From the NCBI GenBank assembly GCA_031417555.1, contig JANOVV010000028.1:9914-73913 (forward strand): a DNA stretch of 64,000 nt, given 5' to 3'. The position numbers and the translations under genes were made by a program. How positions within the stretch are numbered: the stretch's first letter is position 1; every line of letters begins with the position of its first letter. Below, piece after piece: positions 40,939 to 51,121 of this stretch. The DNA comes from Bacteroidota bacterium (lineage in GTDB: Bacteria; Bacteroidota; Bacteroidia; AKYH767-A; 2013-40CM-41-45). The notes beneath the pieces were generated by a model. The model made no database searches and had not been told where the DNA came from. It saw nothing but the letters and a program-made list of their open reading frames with translations.

Positions 40939-42510
40939 TTAATTGTAATGACCTCTACGCTGTTTGTCTTCCAAATAAATAAGTAGAAATAATTTTTGTT
41001 CTGTTCTTACAGAATGAATCGCGGGATAATCTTTTAAATATCGATCATTATAATATACAAAATGCTCCATTCCGATATTTATCCCTTTGAATATGTGAAC
41101 GGTTACTCTTGGTTTTAAAATTCCAATAAAATTATTTCCCGGTATACCAACATAGGTTTTAATAAAGTAATAATAGTAAACTAAAGAAGCAGAAGCATAT
41201 TTTCCAACATTAATTGTGCTCTCAAATTTCCCTTCTAAGCCATCACCATAATTATAGTCTCTGAATTGTGAAGTGTCAGGACCAAAGTGTGTACTATTTC
41301 CGGCAAATGGAATCACGGCTAAATGAATATTAGTATAGAGGTTGGAAGTTTTACTTAGCGGTAATTTTGAAAATACTCCACCACCAAAAGCTATGGCACC
41401 TAATTCAAAAGTTTTATTATCCCAATAATCATAATATTGAAATATACCTAATAATATAGAATGCTTTCCATAATTTATATTTTTGCCTGTTAAAATTCCA
41501 TAACCTGTGATATTATCTAATATTTTTCTTCCAACTCCAAAATTAAATTCTGTTCGAAGTTTAAAAAAATCAAAAGGTTTTCTCGTTCGCTTTTCAAACG
41601 GATTGCCGTAATCAAATTGAACATTTATCATTTCACTAGTGGTGCCTTTTGTAATTATGGCGTCTTTTGCTTCATTAATCTTGTGTAAACCTGCATAGAG
41701 AGTGACATTCAACGGTTCTTTCTGATATACTTCTTTATTAGTAATCCTGAATGATTTCCCTTGTAGAACACGGTTCAATCCTCGCATAGGATTAATTATT
41801 CCTGCTAAAACTTCACGGGAAACTCTATCAAATCCACGTGTCCTGTCATCAAGAATATTAGAACTCAAGCGATAAAGCATTTCTCCAAGGAATGCACCAC
41901 TAATAGGTGTATTTATTATATCGTTATAGGATGGTCGGGTGTTTTCGCCAAAATATTCCCACATTAAACTACCACCAACAGCAAATGCTGCCGATTGAAA
42001 ATAATTATATCCATTTGACCTACCTGCATTAAATGAAAGTGTTCCGGAATAGGGGTGCCCAATGAAATTAATTCCGAATCTGTCCACATCCCATTCCCAG
42101 CCGTTTTTAATATTACTACGCCATGAATCTTTACCTATTTTTGAGAAATCCGCATTTAAACCAAACCGGTCATACGACCATACAAAAATATTTGCGGCAG
42201 CTACTTCAGAAAGAGGTATCCATAGTGGATACCTCTTATTGTAAGTACTATCGTCATCTAATAGATCACCATATTTGTTCTGAATGGTAGTATCTACAAG
42301 AGCGCTTTTCTTTGGTTCATTGAATGTTGAGTCTGAAAGCTTTTTTACTTTTTCTTCTTTGATCTCTTTAATTTGATCTTCAGGATTTCCTTTTGCAGGC
42401 GTAATTGTATCAGAAGGTGCTACCTTTTTTGTATCCTGAGGTGCTACTGTTTGTGCATTCAGAGAAAATGAAAACAATAAGTATAATGATAATATATTTA
42501 TTGCTTTCAT
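40939..42510 (-). CDS. DUF3943-like outer-membrane protein
   Basis: W.WD.D.F.INFIGHPYSG and WEYFGE...PSYNDII.T motifs; signal peptide. Confidence 0.75.
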   Translation of the reverse strand: MKAINILSLYLLFSFSLNAQTVAPQDTKKVAPSDTITPAKGNPEDQIKEIKEEKVKKLSDSTFNEPKKSALVDTTIQNKYGDLLDDDSTYNKRYPLWIPLSEVAAANIFVWSYDRFGLNADFSKIGKDSWRSNIKNGWEWDVDRFGINFIGHPYSGTLSFNAGRSNGYNYFQSAAFAVGGSLMWEYFGENTRPSYNDIINTPISGAFLGEMLYRLSSNILDDRTRGFDRVSREVLAGIINPMRGLNRVLQGKSFRITNKEVYQKEPLNVTLYAGLHKINEAKDAIITKGTTSEMINVQFDYGNPFEKRTRKPFDFFKLRTEFNFGVGRKILDNITGYGILTGKNINYGKHSILLGIFQYYDYWDNKTFELGAIAFGGGVFSKLPLSKTSNLYTNIHLAVIPFAGNSTHFGPDTSQFRDYNYGDGLEGKFESTINVGKYASASLVYYYYFIKTYVGIPGNNFIGILKPRVTVHIFKGINIGMEHFVYYNDRYLKDYPAIHSVRTEQKLFLLIYLEDKQRRGHYN

Positions 42511-42546
42511 TTTATTGTTTTAGTTTCTTTGAAACAAATAATTTAT

Positions 42547-42702
42547 TTAAAGTGGCTTTCTTCCCTGAATAACTCGTAACAAAACAACAACAACTGCAAT
42601 AACAAGAAGAACATGTATTAGTCCACCTGCACTATATCCTACAAACCCAATAAGCCAGGCAATAACTAAAATGACAGCAATGATGTAAAGTAGATTTCCC
42701 AT
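42547..42702 (-). CDS. lmo0937-family small membrane protein (not in the ORF track)
   Basis: MGNLLYIIAVILVIAWLIGFVGYSAGGLIHVLLVIAVVVVLLRVIQGRKPL* (51 aa). Confidence 0.85.
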   Translation of the reverse strand: MGNLLYIIAVILVIAWLIGFVGYSAGGLIHVLLVIAVVVVLLRVIQGRKPL

Positions 42703-42757
42703 AAGAATTGTTTTTTAATTTTAGATTATTTGAATATATTTGTTTAAATTATTTTAA

Positions 42758-43081
42758 TTAAAGCAGAATGATCAAAAGCAAAATAATAATTATAGCACCC
42801 ACCGAAAGGTAAATCCCACTGCTTAAATCTTTCAACTGACTTTTAATAGATCGAACTTCTTTTCTCAATTGCAATTTTTCTTGCGTACTCAATTTGGATT
42901 TATCCATTTCATTGATTTTGTCAAGCCTGGCAAGCAATATATTGGCTTTAGCTGATTCAGACGCTTTTGTAGCGGCTGTTGTAGTTTGTGCTTTTTCCGA
43001 GCCTGCTTTTAATTGTGTTGGAATAAATGTTAGCGACAGAAATGCTGTCATTAAGCATAAGGTTAGTTTTTTCATTTTCAT
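42758..43081 (-). CDS. Small exported protein with a C-terminal hydrophobic tail
   Basis: Signal peptide, RL..I..MDKS.L...EK..LRKE core and terminal GIYLSVGAIIIILLLIILL. Confidence 0.75.
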   Translation of the reverse strand: MKMKKLTLCLMTAFLSLTFIPTQLKAGSEKAQTTTAATKASESAKANILLARLDKINEMDKSKLSTQEKLQLRKEVRSIKSQLKDLSSGIYLSVGAIIIILLLIILL

Positions 43082-43112
43082 ATTTTATATTTGTGAGTAA
43101 GATTTCATTTAA

Positions 43113-43178
43113 CAAAAATGAATAATAAATTGTGTTTATATATTACACAACTTTATAGATATGTTACATGATTTACTG
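43113..43178 (-). promoter_or_regulatory. Island promoter module, copy 6
   Basis: Cores at 43143 and 43164; -7 box CATTTTTG at 43113 (offset 30). Confidence 0.8.
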
Positions 43179-43295
43179 ATTTTTATTTTGGTAAATCATT
43201 TATAAACGATCATTATTAATATAAATGTTGAAAAAGCCCGTATTAGGTTAAAATCGACTTGTCAGAATGTAAATGGATAGGTTATAACCTGTATA

Positions 43296-43679
43296 TTAAA
43301 TTTCATAACCGCTTTTAATTACAGTCGAAATCATTTTGAATTGTTCATTGGCATTAAAACAATGAGGTGAATGTGCCGGTATTACTATCCCGTTTCCTGA
43401 TTTTAATTGAAACTTATTTTTATTGATAGTGACTTCTGCAGATCCATCTATTATTTGCACATAGATATCGAATGGCGAAGTTTTTTCTTCCAATTCTTCA
43501 CCTGTATCAAAAGAGGAAACAGTAATATTCCCTGTTGTTTTTTTTATAATAGTCCTGCTTACAACTGCATTGGGAACATATTCAATTATTTCAACAACAA
43601 TATGAATCTTGGTTTTTTCTAATTCAGAAGCAGCTGAATGATTGTTCTTATTTGAAATTACTTTATTAACTTTTTCCAT
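43296..43679 (-). CDS. Cupin-domain protein
   Basis: SFDTGEEL, QIIDGSAEV.I and G..IVIPAH.PH motifs. Confidence 0.8.
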   Translation of the reverse strand: MEKVNKVISNKNNHSAASELEKTKIHIVVEIIEYVPNAVVSRTIIKKTTGNITVSSFDTGEELEEKTSPFDIYVQIIDGSAEVTINKNKFQLKSGNGIVIPAHSPHCFNANEQFKMISTVIKSGYEI

Positions 43680-43704
43680 CTCTTTATGGGCATTTAAATT
43701 GTTC

Positions 43705-43770
43705 CTAAGGTCAGGGTAATAGGTAGTAAATACTTTATATAACTTTAGAAAAAAGTTACACCATTCACAT
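43705..43770 (-). promoter_or_regulatory. Island promoter module, copy 7 (cupin)
   Basis: Cores at 43735 and 43756; -7 box GACCTTAG at 43705 (offset 30). Confidence 0.8.
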
Positions 43771-43810
43771 ATTGGAAATTAACAAACAAAAATTTAAAAT
43801 GGAAAGTAGA

Positions 43811-44371
43811 TTAAAGATTTTCTAAAACTGTACGCTTTTTGTGTTTTAGTGATTTAAAAAAAGAAGGAGTAAGTCCTGTAATCTTTTTAAATTGTGTAGA
43901 AAGATGTGCAACACTGCTATAATGCAACTTGTAAGCAATTTCAGAAAGGTTTAATTCATTATAGATGATCAACTCTTTAACTCTTTCAATTTTATGAATA
44001 ATAATAAAATGCTCAATGGTTGTACCTTTGACTTCAGAAAAAAGATTGGAGAGATAGCTGTAATTATGTTTTAATTTTTCGCTTAAATAATCTGAAAAAC
44101 TTATTTTTGGTATTTCATCTGTGTAGTGTACTAATTCTATGATAATATTTTTAATTTTTTCAACAAGGATAGCTCTTTGATCATCCATCAATTCTAATCC
44201 GGATTGAAGTAAATTATTTTTTAATTCATCATGTTCTTCAGTTGATATATCATCCATAATTTCAACTTCACCTAATTCAACTATGTTGTGTTTTAAGTTT
44301 AATTTTTCCAACTCTGCTTTTACAAGCATTTTGCAGCGAAGACTAACCATGTTCTTAATATATAGTTTCAC
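43811..44371 (-). CDS. AraC-family regulator with an HMA-like N-terminal domain (paralog 1, GTG start)
   Basis: KLYIKNMVSLRC N-terminus; C-terminal LSEIAYKLHYSSVAHLSTQFKKITGLTPS. Confidence 0.9.
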   Translation of the reverse strand: MKLYIKNMVSLRCKMLVKAELEKLNLKHNIVELGEVEIMDDISTEEHDELKNNLLQSGLELMDDQRAILVEKIKNIIIELVHYTDEIPKISFSDYLSEKLKHNYSYLSNLFSEVKGTTIEHFIIIHKIERVKELIIYNELNLSEIAYKLHYSSVAHLSTQFKKITGLTPSFFKSLKHKKRTVLENL

Positions 44372-44650
44372 TTTTTTTTAAATCTAATGGTTGAAAAATT
44401 ACTTCTGCCTAAATGTTAAAATTAAATAATTTGTGTGAATAAAAAAAACTAACTCCTAATTTTGAACATAATCCCCATTTTAATTCAAAGAACAATGCTA
44501 TTTATATTAAAATATACGACATTGTTTTAAATTAGTTTAATATTATTCGCGATTTGTCTGTTTAAATTGTTAAATATTAATTTTATTAGACTTATTTTTG
44601 ATTTTTTATACAACTATTTTAAAATAGAATTATTCACTTACTTATATTCA

Positions 44651-45751
44651 ATGGTTAATTCGAAGTATATATTCTTTTCGGTGATTTGGACGATTACTGG
44701 GTTATTAATTAATTTAAAATGTATTGCTCAGGAATCAGAAACGCCAACTTTTAAATTGTTTCTAATAGGAGACGCCGGTGAAGGTGATTCAACGGGAGCG
44801 ACACTTAGAGATTTAAAAACTCAATTGATGAAAAATCCGAATAGCGCTGTAATTTTTCTTGGTGACAACTGTTACATAAAACCTTATTTTTTTTTACCTC
44901 TCGAAGTAGGTGGATATGATAGAAGTAAAAAAGCCAAACGAAGGCTCTTATCGCAATTAGAAATATTAAAGGAATATAAGGGCTTCGCATATTTTATTCC
45001 GGGTAATCATGATTGGTGGAATCTTATTAATATTAAAAAAGGCAAAAAGCGTCTGCTCGATGAACAGCTATTTATTGAAGAAACTTTGTCTAAGTATAAA
45101 TCATTGCAGAATTCTAAATCAGGAACATTCCTGCCTAAAGATGGAAATCCGGGGCCCATTTCAAAAATTTTTAATAAGGGAAAAACAAGAATCATTTTTA
45201 TTGATACCTATCGTTTGATTATCGAAGAGGGTAAAAGAAAGCTTAAAGATTCTGTTTTACTGGCCAATTTTTATAAAGAACTTAAAAACCAACTTACGGA
45301 GGCAACAAATAAGCGTGAAAAAATTATTGTTGTGGGACATCATCCTATTCATGCCAAAGGAAAGCATTCTTTGCCGCTTGTATTCTTTGAAAGGTTAAAC
45401 AGACGTTTTGCAGATTCAAATACTAATTATCCACCTTATAATAAAATGTCCGTTCGTTTAGACAGCCTGTTGAAAGAACATCATCATCCGGATATTTACT
45501 ATGTAAGCGGACATGAACATTCTTTGGAATATTTTTTTAATGACAGCCTGCACTATCTTGTAAGCGGTGCCGGTAGTAAAATCGATAAAGTTAAATACAA
45601 ATCTGTTGAAAATGCGGAAGAGTATTTAATTTGGAACGAGGAAGGATTTTTTGAGATTGATTTTTACGGACGAAAAGAAACTGTGTTGATGTATCATAGA
45701 AAGGATAAAAAATCAGAATTAAAAGTAGGATGTTTGTCAGGTTGTGATTAA
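44651..45751 (+). CDS. Exported metallophosphoesterase
   Basis: IGDAG, LGDN, PGNHDW, GHHP, SGHEH and SGAGS motifs. Likely start is ATG 44651. Confidence 0.85.
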   Translation: MVNSKYIFFSVIWTITGLLINLKCIAQESETPTFKLFLIGDAGEGDSTGATLRDLKTQLMKNPNSAVIFLGDNCYIKPYFFLPLEVGGYDRSKKAKRRLLSQLEILKEYKGFAYFIPGNHDWWNLINIKKGKKRLLDEQLFIEETLSKYKSLQNSKSGTFLPKDGNPGPISKIFNKGKTRIIFIDTYRLIIEEGKRKLKDSVLLANFYKELKNQLTEATNKREKIIVVGHHPIHAKGKHSLPLVFFERLNRRFADSNTNYPPYNKMSVRLDSLLKEHHHPDIYYVSGHEHSLEYFFNDSLHYLVSGAGSKIDKVKYKSVENAEEYLIWNEEGFFEIDFYGRKETVLMYHRKDKKSELKVGCLSGCD

Positions 45752-45765
45752 CAAATAATTTAAAA

Positions 45766-47034
45766 TTATTTGGTTTGTATTCCTAAATCAGACGGAGAGG
45801 CATTTAGCTGCTTTAAAGCTACTAAAATCTTTTTTCCTTTATGTGAATGATTTCGATAATCAGAAATTATTTCGTGGTTTCTATAAAAGTCAATAACATT
45901 TTTTTTTAAACCCATATCTATATTTTTAAATTTGGCTCTCTGCAGCTTCATTAATAAATTATAATATGTTTTATCTGCAAGTTTATATTCGCCTAGTATG
46001 GTTTCCTGACCTGTATCTAAATCGATATTAGTATATGAAATATCTCGAGTTCTTAGTCTTTTTATTGAACCATTATAATGATAAAGTATAGAGTCATAGC
46101 TCTGTTCAAATAATTTTTCACATTCTTCATTCGGTAATTTTGGTTTGAATTTAGACACAGGACCATATTTTGGCAGTACACCAATAATAAGTGAAATAAA
46201 AATTGACTGAATCCGGGGCTGCTTAAATTCTTTCTTATAATTTATTTTATCACTTTTATATAAATAATTTTTCTTAGTTGCTAGAGGATTTAATTTTGTT
46301 ATAAACGAATTCTTTATTTTCCAAGCGTCTTTAGTTAATTCAGGAATAATTGTTTTAACAGCAAATCTGAATACTTCAATAGCAACCGGAAGGTTCCTGA
46401 AAATATTTTTTAAGTGTAAACCATATGTTTTAAAAAATGCCCGTTCTAAAACAGTATCGCTTACTGCAAAGCCAATGAAGTTATGATAAGAATCCGGTTT
46501 ATAATTTCCTCTTGCCGTTTGTAACACATCGAAGCCGAACTCTATTCTTGCATGTTGATCGTGCCCCTTCTCATAGGGTACTTTGCTGCCATATTTTTTC
46601 CGTAATTTTGGAAACATAATAGCTACTGCTTTGTTAGTCGCTAATGAGTGTCCATATTGGTCTGCTTCGTAATGGCATAGAACGCCCAATGCAAAAGAAT
46701 ATTCATTAAAATTTCGTGATTCTTCAAGTAGGGCAGTTATAAAATCACCACTTCGTACATAATGCACAAGGTTACTAAATAACATACTTCCCATCGGGCA
46801 ATAACCTATGTCAGGAATTATTGCTCCTCTGTATGCATACGTGTGTGCTTTCTTTAATTCTTCTTCAGTAATGTTTGGATATTTATGTTTTAATAATGGG
46901 ACGATTGATTTATCCCAAGATGCATCAATTATGGCCTCATGGGAAAGTAAAGCGTATGAAAAAGAGGATAGAGGTCGATAAATAGTAAATATTAAGATTA
47001 TAAATAGAAATCTTTTAAAACCTGAAATAGTCAT
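45766..47034 (-). CDS. Zinc-dependent phospholipase C-family protein
   Basis: Signal peptide followed by Y..LSHEAIID, PDIGY, HY, HY.AD..GH and H.R.EFGFD motifs. Confidence 0.8.
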   Translation of the reverse strand: MTISGFKRFLFIILIFTIYRPLSSFSYALLSHEAIIDASWDKSIVPLLKHKYPNITEEELKKAHTYAYRGAIIPDIGYCPMGSMLFSNLVHYVRSGDFITALLEESRNFNEYSFALGVLCHYEADQYGHSLATNKAVAIMFPKLRKKYGSKVPYEKGHDQHARIEFGFDVLQTARGNYKPDSYHNFIGFAVSDTVLERAFFKTYGLHLKNIFRNLPVAIEVFRFAVKTIIPELTKDAWKIKNSFITKLNPLATKKNYLYKSDKINYKKEFKQPRIQSIFISLIIGVLPKYGPVSKFKPKLPNEECEKLFEQSYDSILYHYNGSIKRLRTRDISYTNIDLDTGQETILGEYKLADKTYYNLLMKLQRAKFKNIDMGLKKNVIDFYRNHEIISDYRNHSHKGKKILVALKQLNASPSDLGIQTK

Positions 47035-47065
47035 TAGTTATTATAAAAGGACAAATTTCCAAAAT

Positions 47066-47146
47066 TCATTTATTTTTCCGTAATCGATAATATAATCCGA
47101 CAATTAAAACCGCAACTGCTAAAATACCCCACCAACCCATATACAT
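47066..47146 (-). CDS. Possible 26-aa membrane peptide
   Basis: MYMGWWGILAVAVLIVGLYYRLRKNK*: one TM helix plus a basic tail, co-oriented within the operon. Short enough to be spurious. Confidence 0.35.
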   Translation of the reverse strand: MYMGWWGILAVAVLIVGLYYRLRKNK

Positions 47147-47239
47147 ATTTCTCAATTTAATACTATTAACTATTTATTTTATTTTCTTTTTGTAAATTTC
47201 AATTTCAAATTAATTTGGTTGAATTTCATAGAATTCAAT

Positions 47240-47434
47240 TCAAGATTCATCTTTTGTAGTTCGAACAAGACCAATACCGGCAATAAAAAATACAAGACCC
47301 AGTGCGCCATAAATAGCAAGTGATTTAATATCTCGAGTACCTCCGGCAGTATTAACAGATAATACTGCTGCATAAATAAGACCTACAATTCCTGCAATAG
47401 TAAGTAGAGCACCGAAAATTCTTTTTAGATTCAT
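47240..47434 (-). CDS. Small two-TM membrane protein
   Basis: MNLKRIFGALLTIAGIVGLIYAA...GLVRTTKDES, directly behind promoter module copy 8. Confidence 0.8.
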   Translation of the reverse strand: MNLKRIFGALLTIAGIVGLIYAAVLSVNTAGGTRDIKSLAIYGALGLVFFIAGIGLVRTTKDES

Positions 47435-47459
47435 AATTATTTTGATTAATTATTGTTAA

Positions 47460-47525
47460 CAAAAATGCAGAAGTATATTTTATGAAGTGTTACATAACAA
47501 TTTCTTTTATTTACATTTTTTACAT
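47460..47525 (-). promoter_or_regulatory. Island promoter module, copy 8
   Basis: Cores at 47490 and 47511; -7 box CATTTTTG at 47460 (offset 30). Confidence 0.75.
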
Positions 47526-47526
47526 A

Positions 47527-49908
47527 TTAAACCATTAATCTTTCAATATTTGATTTTTGTAATTGTAAAATTGAATTATTCTTTTTGTTTAAAAAAGTAC
47601 TGGCAACAGTTAATCTGGCTAGCAGATAGCTTATAGTCGATTCAGCTCCCTGATTTAGATTAACATAATTTTCTTCAAGTCCATCATAACATCCTCCTGT
47701 ACATGGATTATAAATAATTTGTTGAAGATGATTGTTGCCCATGAACCAATTAAACGAGGCTTCCATTTTTTGAAGGTAATCTTCATCTTTAAATACCTCA
47801 TAGAATTTACTTAAAGCAAGGATAGTGTACGCCACATCAATCGGTTGTTCCCCGCCGTTTTCATCTGTTATCGCCTCTTCGCCTTTATGCATCCAGTTTT
47901 TATTCGAGATTACTTTTATTTTATTTTGTTTGAAGATCTTTGACATTAAAAAGTCAAAGGTTGATTTTGCAATTTCCTTATATATTGTTTCACCGGTAGC
48001 TAGCCAGGCACATAACATTGCTTCAGGTAAAATACTATTTGCATAGGTAAGATAACTCTCAAACCATTGCCATTCCTTTTCTGCTTCATGTTTGTACATT
48101 TGGGCTAATCTATTTGCAAGCATTCGTAGAATGGAGACATTATTCTCAGATTTGTTTTTTTTACCGTAGTAGTACAAGCCTTTTATTGCAAATGCCATTG
48201 CTCTGGTTGAATGAATTTTACTGACATTTAGCAAAGCATTTTGCATAATTAATTCTGCTTCAATAATAAGTTTATTTGAAAATAGGGCACTGTTAGATAA
48301 TAAATATCCTAATGCCCAAATTGCTCTTCCATTAGAATCGGCAAGGTTGGTTGAGTTATTCTGTTCTGTAAATAGTTTTTGTTCATTTACATAATTTAAA
48401 AAATATCCTTCTGGTTGCAGGCAGTGTTTAATGAAATTAAAGTATATATTAACATATTTTATATCTGATTCATTTCTTGTTAATTTATAATGTTGGCAGA
48501 TTGCTACTAAAGCCCTGGCATTATCATCTAAGGTATAGCCTGAAGTAATATCAGGTTGGTTGATTTTAGAAAATTGTATCATGCCAAAATCTGTCGTGAG
48601 CTTTTTAATATGATCTAAATTAACTAAAGGCATTTTATAATGTAATGAAATCCGGTCGTTGTTTTTTGTTTCAAATAGCATTGCATGAGCAATAGCAGCA
48701 TTTTCCCACGAAGTTGAGGCCATCTTATGCAATCCATTTGAACTGATATTTTTTCTTAACGATTCATCTTTGATTAATTTTATAACAGAATCAGAAAGTT
48801 GGCTAGGACTTTCAAAATCTATAATTATTCCTGCATCATTTTGCAATACCTCACAGGCATGAGGAATAGGTGTAGAAATTACAGGACAACCACAACTAAT
48901 AGCATAAGAGAAAGTTCCACTTACTGCTTGATTCGGATCTTTTGAAGAAAATAAATATATATCTGTCAATTGAAGATATTCCAATAATTCCTGTAAGGGT
49001 AAGAATTGATTGATAAATTTCACATTAGCTTCCAATTGTAATTCTTCAACCTTCGATTCCAACATCCTTCGGTATTTTTCACCCTCGTTTTTTACTACCG
49101 TCGGATGAGTTTTTCCAATAATCAGAAAAAGAATATTTGGATATATTTTTACTATTGAAGGAAGAGCCTCTAAAGTAGTCTCTATACTTTTACCTGAACT
49201 AAGTAATCCAAATGTAGATAATACTGTTTTCCCTGATAATTTATATTTTTCTTTTAAGAGCCCTTTGTCAGAATGTTTTACCAGGTGAGTTCCATGAGGA
49301 ATGACGGTAATTTTATTTTTTGATATACTATAATCTTTGGATAATATTTCGGATGAAGTATTTGTCATGACAATAATAGATTCCGACGCATTTGATATTT
49401 GCTGTACATTGGATTTTATTGTTTCATTAGGAAAAGGCAAAACAGTATGAAATACTACAATTACCGGCTTTAAAATTGAATTCAAAAATTGAATAAAAAT
49501 TTCTTCTTTCTTTTCATAGAATCCAAATTCATGTTGAATCAATACTGTTTGAATGTTATTATTAGAGTTAATTTTCGATGCTAATTGTAAATATTCGTTT
49601 GAATGATCCGTATTTAGAATATACCTGATTTCATCGGTATAAGAATGTTTTTCATTGTCATTTTCCAAAGCACATATTTGAATTTTAAATGAATTACTAA
49701 ACTTGTTATTTAATGATTTAATTAAATCCTGAGAGTAAGTGGCAATACCACATTCTCTTGGCGGAAAAGAGGTAATAAATAAAATTTCAGGTAAATTATC
49801 TGAATCGTCTGATGTTAATTTTCTAGCCGGAACTTTGATAATATTCTTTATTGAATGATCACCCGGAAATAGATTTTTAATAGGCTCAATTGTAATTTCA
49901 CGTAACAT
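47527..49908 (-). CDS. GT4 glycosyltransferase fused to a helical glycosidase-like domain
   Basis: FPPRECGIAT, QHEFG and SGTFSYA..CG.PVISTP (GT4), then GYTLDDNARAL, DS.GRA.W and NQGAEST in the C-domain. Confidence 0.85.
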   Translation of the reverse strand: MLREITIEPIKNLFPGDHSIKNIIKVPARKLTSDDSDNLPEILFITSFPPRECGIATYSQDLIKSLNNKFSNSFKIQICALENDNEKHSYTDEIRYILNTDHSNEYLQLASKINSNNNIQTVLIQHEFGFYEKKEEIFIQFLNSILKPVIVVFHTVLPFPNETIKSNVQQISNASESIIVMTNTSSEILSKDYSISKNKITVIPHGTHLVKHSDKGLLKEKYKLSGKTVLSTFGLLSSGKSIETTLEALPSIVKIYPNILFLIIGKTHPTVVKNEGEKYRRMLESKVEELQLEANVKFINQFLPLQELLEYLQLTDIYLFSSKDPNQAVSGTFSYAISCGCPVISTPIPHACEVLQNDAGIIIDFESPSQLSDSVIKLIKDESLRKNISSNGLHKMASTSWENAAIAHAMLFETKNNDRISLHYKMPLVNLDHIKKLTTDFGMIQFSKINQPDITSGYTLDDNARALVAICQHYKLTRNESDIKYVNIYFNFIKHCLQPEGYFLNYVNEQKLFTEQNNSTNLADSNGRAIWALGYLLSNSALFSNKLIIEAELIMQNALLNVSKIHSTRAMAFAIKGLYYYGKKNKSENNVSILRMLANRLAQMYKHEAEKEWQWFESYLTYANSILPEAMLCAWLATGETIYKEIAKSTFDFLMSKIFKQNKIKVISNKNWMHKGEEAITDENGGEQPIDVAYTILALSKFYEVFKDEDYLQKMEASFNWFMGNNHLQQIIYNPCTGGCYDGLEENYVNLNQGAESTISYLLARLTVASTFLNKKNNSILQLQKSNIERLMV

Positions 49909-50941
49909 TATTCGTTTTATTTAGCAGTAATTCATTTAATAATTCGGATAAACTGACTGAAGCACATGCAATTTGTTCATCGGCGGCACCATAATAAATA
50001 TAGAGTGTGTCACCGAACAAAGCTGTGCCGGTGGGGAAGCAGACATTATTTACTTCACCTATTAATTCCCAGATATGATCCGGATTGAATAAAGCATACG
50101 GCAGTCTTGCAATTTCTTTTTGTGGATTATGTAAATCAAGCAAAGCCGCGCACGCAGAATATACATAGCCTTTAATGGTATCATGTACACCATGATAAAT
50201 TATCAGCCACCCATGTTCTGTTTCAATAGGAGGGCAGCCACCTCCAATATAGCTTACTTCGTGTTTATGTTTAGGTGTTAAGGCTATATATTCATTTAAG
50301 TTGAGAAAATATTTTTGCCAAAACTCAGTAGTGAGTTCCTGTAAATTATTAATGCAAACAATTTGAATATCCGGCCTTACCCGATGTAGAAAATGTAATT
50401 TTCCGTTTATTTTTCTAGAAAAAAAAATTACATTCTTGTCCCATATTAATATTTTTTTTCCATGTTTTTCTTTAATACGTTCATGTTCATTATAGCGCAG
50501 GTATTTTTCATTAATAATTCCTTTTGATTTTGCCAAATGACTAAATTCATCATAAGTAATTTGAGGAACTATTATTCCATGTTTTTCAAAGGTTTTAAGA
50601 TCCGTTGAAGTCGCTAATGCTCCTAATGCATTAACTCCATCATACGCTGTATAGGTCAAATAATATAAATCTTCTATTTTAACTATTCTCGGATCTTCAA
50701 CACCATGAGCTTCATAATCAAATTGAGGAAAAATAACAGGTGTGTCTAATCGTTCTTCAACTGTCAATGGACCATTTAATTTGCAATAGCCGATGCTTGA
50801 ATAATTTCCTTTACTAACTGCTCTGTAAAAAAGATGAACGTAATTGCCTTCTTTGATTGTTGCCGGATTTAATACTCCTTCATTTTCAAATCCTAATAGC
50901 GTTTTATTCAGGAGAATGCCTTCTTTTTTAATGGTTATCAT
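49898..50941 (-). CDS. GH130-family glycoside phosphorylase/hydrolase
   Basis: GVLNP, YRA, GVEDPRI, YTAYDG, G.VNNVCFP.G and YYGAAD motifs. Confidence 0.88.
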   Translation of the reverse strand: MITIKKEGILLNKTLLGFENEGVLNPATIKEGNYVHLFYRAVSKGNYSSIGYCKLNGPLTVEERLDTPVIFPQFDYEAHGVEDPRIVKIEDLYYLTYTAYDGVNALGALATSTDLKTFEKHGIIVPQITYDEFSHLAKSKGIINEKYLRYNEHERIKEKHGKKILIWDKNVIFFSRKINGKLHFLHRVRPDIQIVCINNLQELTTEFWQKYFLNLNEYIALTPKHKHEVSYIGGGCPPIETEHGWLIIYHGVHDTIKGYVYSACAALLDLHNPQKEIARLPYALFNPDHIWELIGEVNNVCFPTGTALFGDTLYIYYGAADEQIACASVSLSELLNELLLNKTNNVT

Positions 50942-51034
50942 AATTAATTTTCATACTATTAACTTACTTTGGAGTATGAATGTTTTTTCCATAGAACTAA
51001 ACATTTATCCCTAATAACTAAATAAAGTAGTACG

Positions 51035-51100
51035 TAAAATTGGAAAATATCTGACGTTTGTCAGTTACACAACATTATGATAATGTTACATTATTCACAC
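51035..51100 (-). promoter_or_regulatory. Island promoter module, copy 9 (GH130-GT4 operon)
   Basis: Cores at 51065 and 51086; -7 box CAATTTTA at 51035 (offset 30). Confidence 0.85.
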
Positions 51101-51121
51101 TTTAAAAATAGAATTTTATAA

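Noticed and set aside
44431-44470. GTGTGAATAA between araC paralog 1 and the metallophosphoesterase as a 15th module
   Set aside because: It matches only the distal flank; the TGTAA cores and 21/30 geometry are absent.
47179-47373. 64-aa ORF overlapping 47240-47434
   Set aside because: It is an alternative frame of a better supported gene that sits directly behind a promoter module.
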